A stretch of DNA of 37,657 nucleotides, taken from IMG/VR virus record IMGVR_UViG_3300005077_001151, positions 1 to 37,657 of that record; one strand, written 5' to 3'. A program made the translations under genes and the position numbers. Source of the DNA: a virus. Lineage: Duplodnaviria; Caudoviricetes. The notes under the pieces were generated by a model. The model did not search any database. It was not told the origin of the DNA and worked only from the letters and a program-made list of their open reading frames with translations. The number at the start of each line of letters is the position of its first letter. Within the stretch, counting starts at the first letter, position 1. Below are positions 35,116 to 37,657 of the stretch, piece by piece.

Positions 35116-37655
35116 TACGTCGCCTCCCAATCGTCAATATAAACAGAGCCAACAGTGCCATCACAATCAACATAGAACTCAACGACACAATCGGCACTGA
35201 CCGAACCCGTTGAAAGTGATAGCTGCTCCCACGAGCTTGCTCCGCCTGTCATAGTAGCCGAGCCAGCGGTAACGCCAATACACGCCTGCGCCTTGCGAAT
35301 GAGCCTTGGCTGATTACCAGCGTAGTCAGCTGACTTATAAAGATAAACGCTGCATGTGCCTTCATCCCCGTCAGCTACCGCGATACACTTTTCGGCGCTG
35401 AACATTTTTGTCGTTCCGCCTGTCGGGATTAACTGCTGCGAAGGCGCTGCTGTTTTGTAAATAGAAGAATCCATTTTGCTTGTGCCAAACGGTCTCGAAA
35501 AACACGACAGCCCAGCGGTGCCATCGAAGCTTTGAGCTTTGATTATTGCGTATGTGTCAATGTCCTCGTGGTCAAAGTTTACGCAAGGTGTTGTTCCAAA
35601 TGTAACGTTTCCTAACTCAATGCTTCCAGCAATAAAGTCCTTCAGGTTCATGCAGGATGTGGCGCACGGCACTCGCGGATCGGAGCCGCCAGGACTATAG
35701 GACAGATCGGTGTTCTGGATTGAGAACCTATCAAGGAAAAATACGCCTGTTGCTACTGTGGTCGTTGCATAGTTATCAAAAATAATATCATGTGCAGTCG
35801 TTCCTGACGTGCCACTTATCGCACTGCTTTTTATATTTGACAGCGTCCAATCCTGTAATACGAGCATCTGGGTATCTCCGGGCAATAAAGAGTTATATCC
35901 TATCTTTATGTTGTATGTATTGTTGCCCCATATGTCAAGATCGGAAATGTTTACGGTTTTCTGATAAGAATAACCTGTCTTTAGGCACAGCCCTATATTC
36001 CCGCATTCATATATTGAGGACGAGCCCTCAAGACTAAAATTTTCCATTTCTACGTTCTCTAGACACAGCCCATGGTTGTTTACGGAATGAATACTTGCTC
36101 CGCTCACCGTCCCAGGAAGAGACAGGGTGCTTGCGCCAATTATGTATATCCCATTGCCTGGTATACAAGAAACCCAGTTATCTTTAAACTCCATATTGGT
36201 AGGACAACCAGCTACCACCCAAATGCCTGTTACAACGGTTCCTGTCGTTCCGCCGTAGCAGCCAACAACGGTATTGCCTGAAACCGTTGCGCTTACCGAA
36301 CTATATAAGTTCACACGCAGAACTTGCCCGCTCACACTGTAAAGCCCGCAGTTCGCGAACACATTGTTTGTGATCACCACCGTTGCGCATGTCGCGGAGC
36401 TAAAATAAAGGCCGTTGTGAGAGTTGTCCGTCTCGTAGAAAGAGCATTTGTTGGCATGAAATAACGTTGTCGGGCTGCTTGAAAAAGTCACTCCGTTATA
36501 CGACGTCCGACAGAGCTTGTAAAACGCCACATTGTCCAAAATAGTTACGCTCGTTCCGGATATTGTAAAATAAGAGCTGAACAGAGAAGTTGCGCACTTT
36601 ATAATAACATTCCTCCGCACCTGAACAACCTCTGTTCTGTACGGAGCTGTGCCTGAATGCGCATATACAGCTGTGCCGGTCGTAGCACCAATATTCTCAA
36701 GCTCTATGACATAGGGAGCCGAAGTACCCGCCGCGCCATCCAACTGCATGTGCTCAACTTCGCCAGTATTAAATGTTGATGACGCAATATAAACTTCATC
36801 ATGATTGCTCCACCCCGTATTATCTGCAACCGTGATTGACGTTGCACCAGCAGCTACGTTTGCGGACAGAGTTGTTCTAACAAAGTCATGATCATCACCT
36901 GCCATGCAAACAGTCCCACCAGTTTGCTGAATATAATACTGCCCATCAGAAGTACAATCCATCAAGAAAATTGCTTCATACCCGGAACCAATTCTGCTTG
37001 AAAGCTGACCCATATTCATCAGACCATCCGGATAAATTAAAAAGTTTCCGGATGTCTTTAAAGTTGTATCGGCGCCTGTTGCCCACTGCATCGTCCCATA
37101 CCGACAAACGGTTATTGCCCCGAAATCCACTGTTGTAGCATTATAGTCGTACGTCACAACGTTGGAGGAATACGCTGTGCCAGAATTTATCATTTCACCG
37201 ATCACAAATGGAGTATCTGCCGATGCGAACGCTGTTGAGTTCGCAGTTGCCAAACGCAGGTAACAGGTCCAGTTCGCGATGACCACCCCTATATTAATCC
37301 CAGATCCGCCGGAAAATTTATATGCAACTTTGGTTGTAGAGTTGCATGTCACGGTCCCATCCAACTTCATAAAAAGGCAAGCTTCCCCTACCTGCATACT
37401 GTCAACTAGACAGGCAGATGTTGCGGCGTTTGTTGTACCATTATCAAGAGATACCGCGACAGACAGCGTGCCGGTAGCGCCTGCTGTCTTGGAAATAAAA
37501 GTCATAACACCATCAACAACATCAGATGTAGAAGTGAGTGTAGATGTGTATGTATAAGATGACGAAGGCGTACCCCATCCCCAAATTGTTTGCACGCCTG
37601 TTGATGACGTTTTTCTCCACGTCCCGACCGATGTCCAGTTGCCTGATGTGCCAGC
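35115..37655 (-). CDS. Tail fibre/spike-like protein with parallel beta-helix repeats (5' partial)
   Basis: Frame open to the window end (AGTSGNWTSVGTW...); T/S/G-rich, with beta-helix-like repeats (NGLYF, NGIYI, HGLCL, IGLCL). Confidence 0.7.
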   Translation of the reverse strand, partial: AGTSGNWTSVGTWRKTSSTGVQTIWGWGTPSSSYTYTSTLTSTSDVVDGVMTFISKTAGATGTLSVAVSLDNGTTNAATSACLVDSMQVGEACLFMKLDGTVTCNSTTKVAYKFSGGSGINIGVVIANWTCYLRLATANSTAFASADTPFVIGEMINSGTAYSSNVVTYDYNATTVDFGAITVCRYGTMQWATGADTTLKTSGNFLIYPDGLMNMGQLSSRIGSGYEAIFLMDCTSDGQYYIQQTGGTVCMAGDDHDFVRTTLSANVAAGATSITVADNTGWSNHDEVYIASSTFNTGEVEHMQLDGAAGTSAPYVIELENIGATTGTAVYAHSGTAPYRTEVVQVRRNVIIKCATSLFSSYFTISGTSVTILDNVAFYKLCRTSYNGVTFSSSPTTLFHANKCSFYETDNSHNGLYFSSATCATVVITNNVFANCGLYSVSGQVLRVNLYSSVSATVSGNTVVGCYGGTTGTVVTGIWVVAGCPTNMEFKDNWVSCIPGNGIYIIGASTLSLPGTVSGASIHSVNNHGLCLENVEMENFSLEGSSSIYECGNIGLCLKTGYSYQKTVNISDLDIWGNNTYNIKIGYNSLLPGDTQMLVLQDWTLSNIKSSAISGTSGTTAHDIIFDNYATTTVATGVFFLDRFSIQNTDLSYSPGGSDPRVPCATSCMNLKDFIAGSIELGNVTFGTTPCVNFDHEDIDTYAIIKAQSFDGTAGLSCFSRPFGTSKMDSSIYKTAAPSQQLIPTGGTTKMFSAEKCIAVADGDEGTCSVYLYKSADYAGNQPRLIRKAQACIGVTAGSATMTGGASSWEQLSLSTGSVSADCVVEFYVDCDGTVGSVYIDDWEAT

Positions 37656-37657
37656 TA

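Noticed and set aside
83-37557. Plus-strand ORFs in the track (e.g. 3124-3732, 17452-18060, 26047-26856, 28047-28730)
   Set aside because: They are antisense shadows of well-supported minus-strand genes, with no recognisable motifs.
1-37657. tRNA/rRNA genes, integrase, transposase, alternative genetic code
   Set aside because: None recognised; genes are full length in the standard code with all three stop codons in use.

Overview
The window is a ~37.7 kb segment of a tailed dsDNA phage genome, and essentially all credible genes lie on the minus strand. In transcription order (right to left) it has four parts. (1) The end of a late module: a partial beta-rich tail fibre/spike, a GT9-like glycosyltransferase, an M15 endolysin, a methyltransferase, two secreted paralogues, a holin-like protein and a lipoprotein. 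(2) An AT-rich boundary and a ~400-nt GNRA-hairpin-rich non-coding leader ending in a canonical type II hammerhead ribozyme (29437-29507). (3) An early-type region with long intergenic hairpins and a DUF3150-like / MoxR-type AAA / metallopeptidase-vWA module. (4) A large replication, recombination and nucleotide module, followed by small accessory genes including a circularly permuted DUF1566 protein with a DGR-variable-region-like segment. The module in (4) contains an SF2 helicase, primase, an initiator with internal palindromic iterons, a DnaB-like helicase, an H1-like repeat protein, a flavoprotein-dUTPase-like fusion, a ThyX variant, a MazG-like protein, DnaE fused to a family-4 uracil-DNA glycosylase, UvsY-like, SSB, RecA, a 5'-3' exonuclease, RuvC-like, and a split Rad50 flanking Mre11. 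All family calls are from motif recognition by eye. No searches were run and novelty could not be verified.
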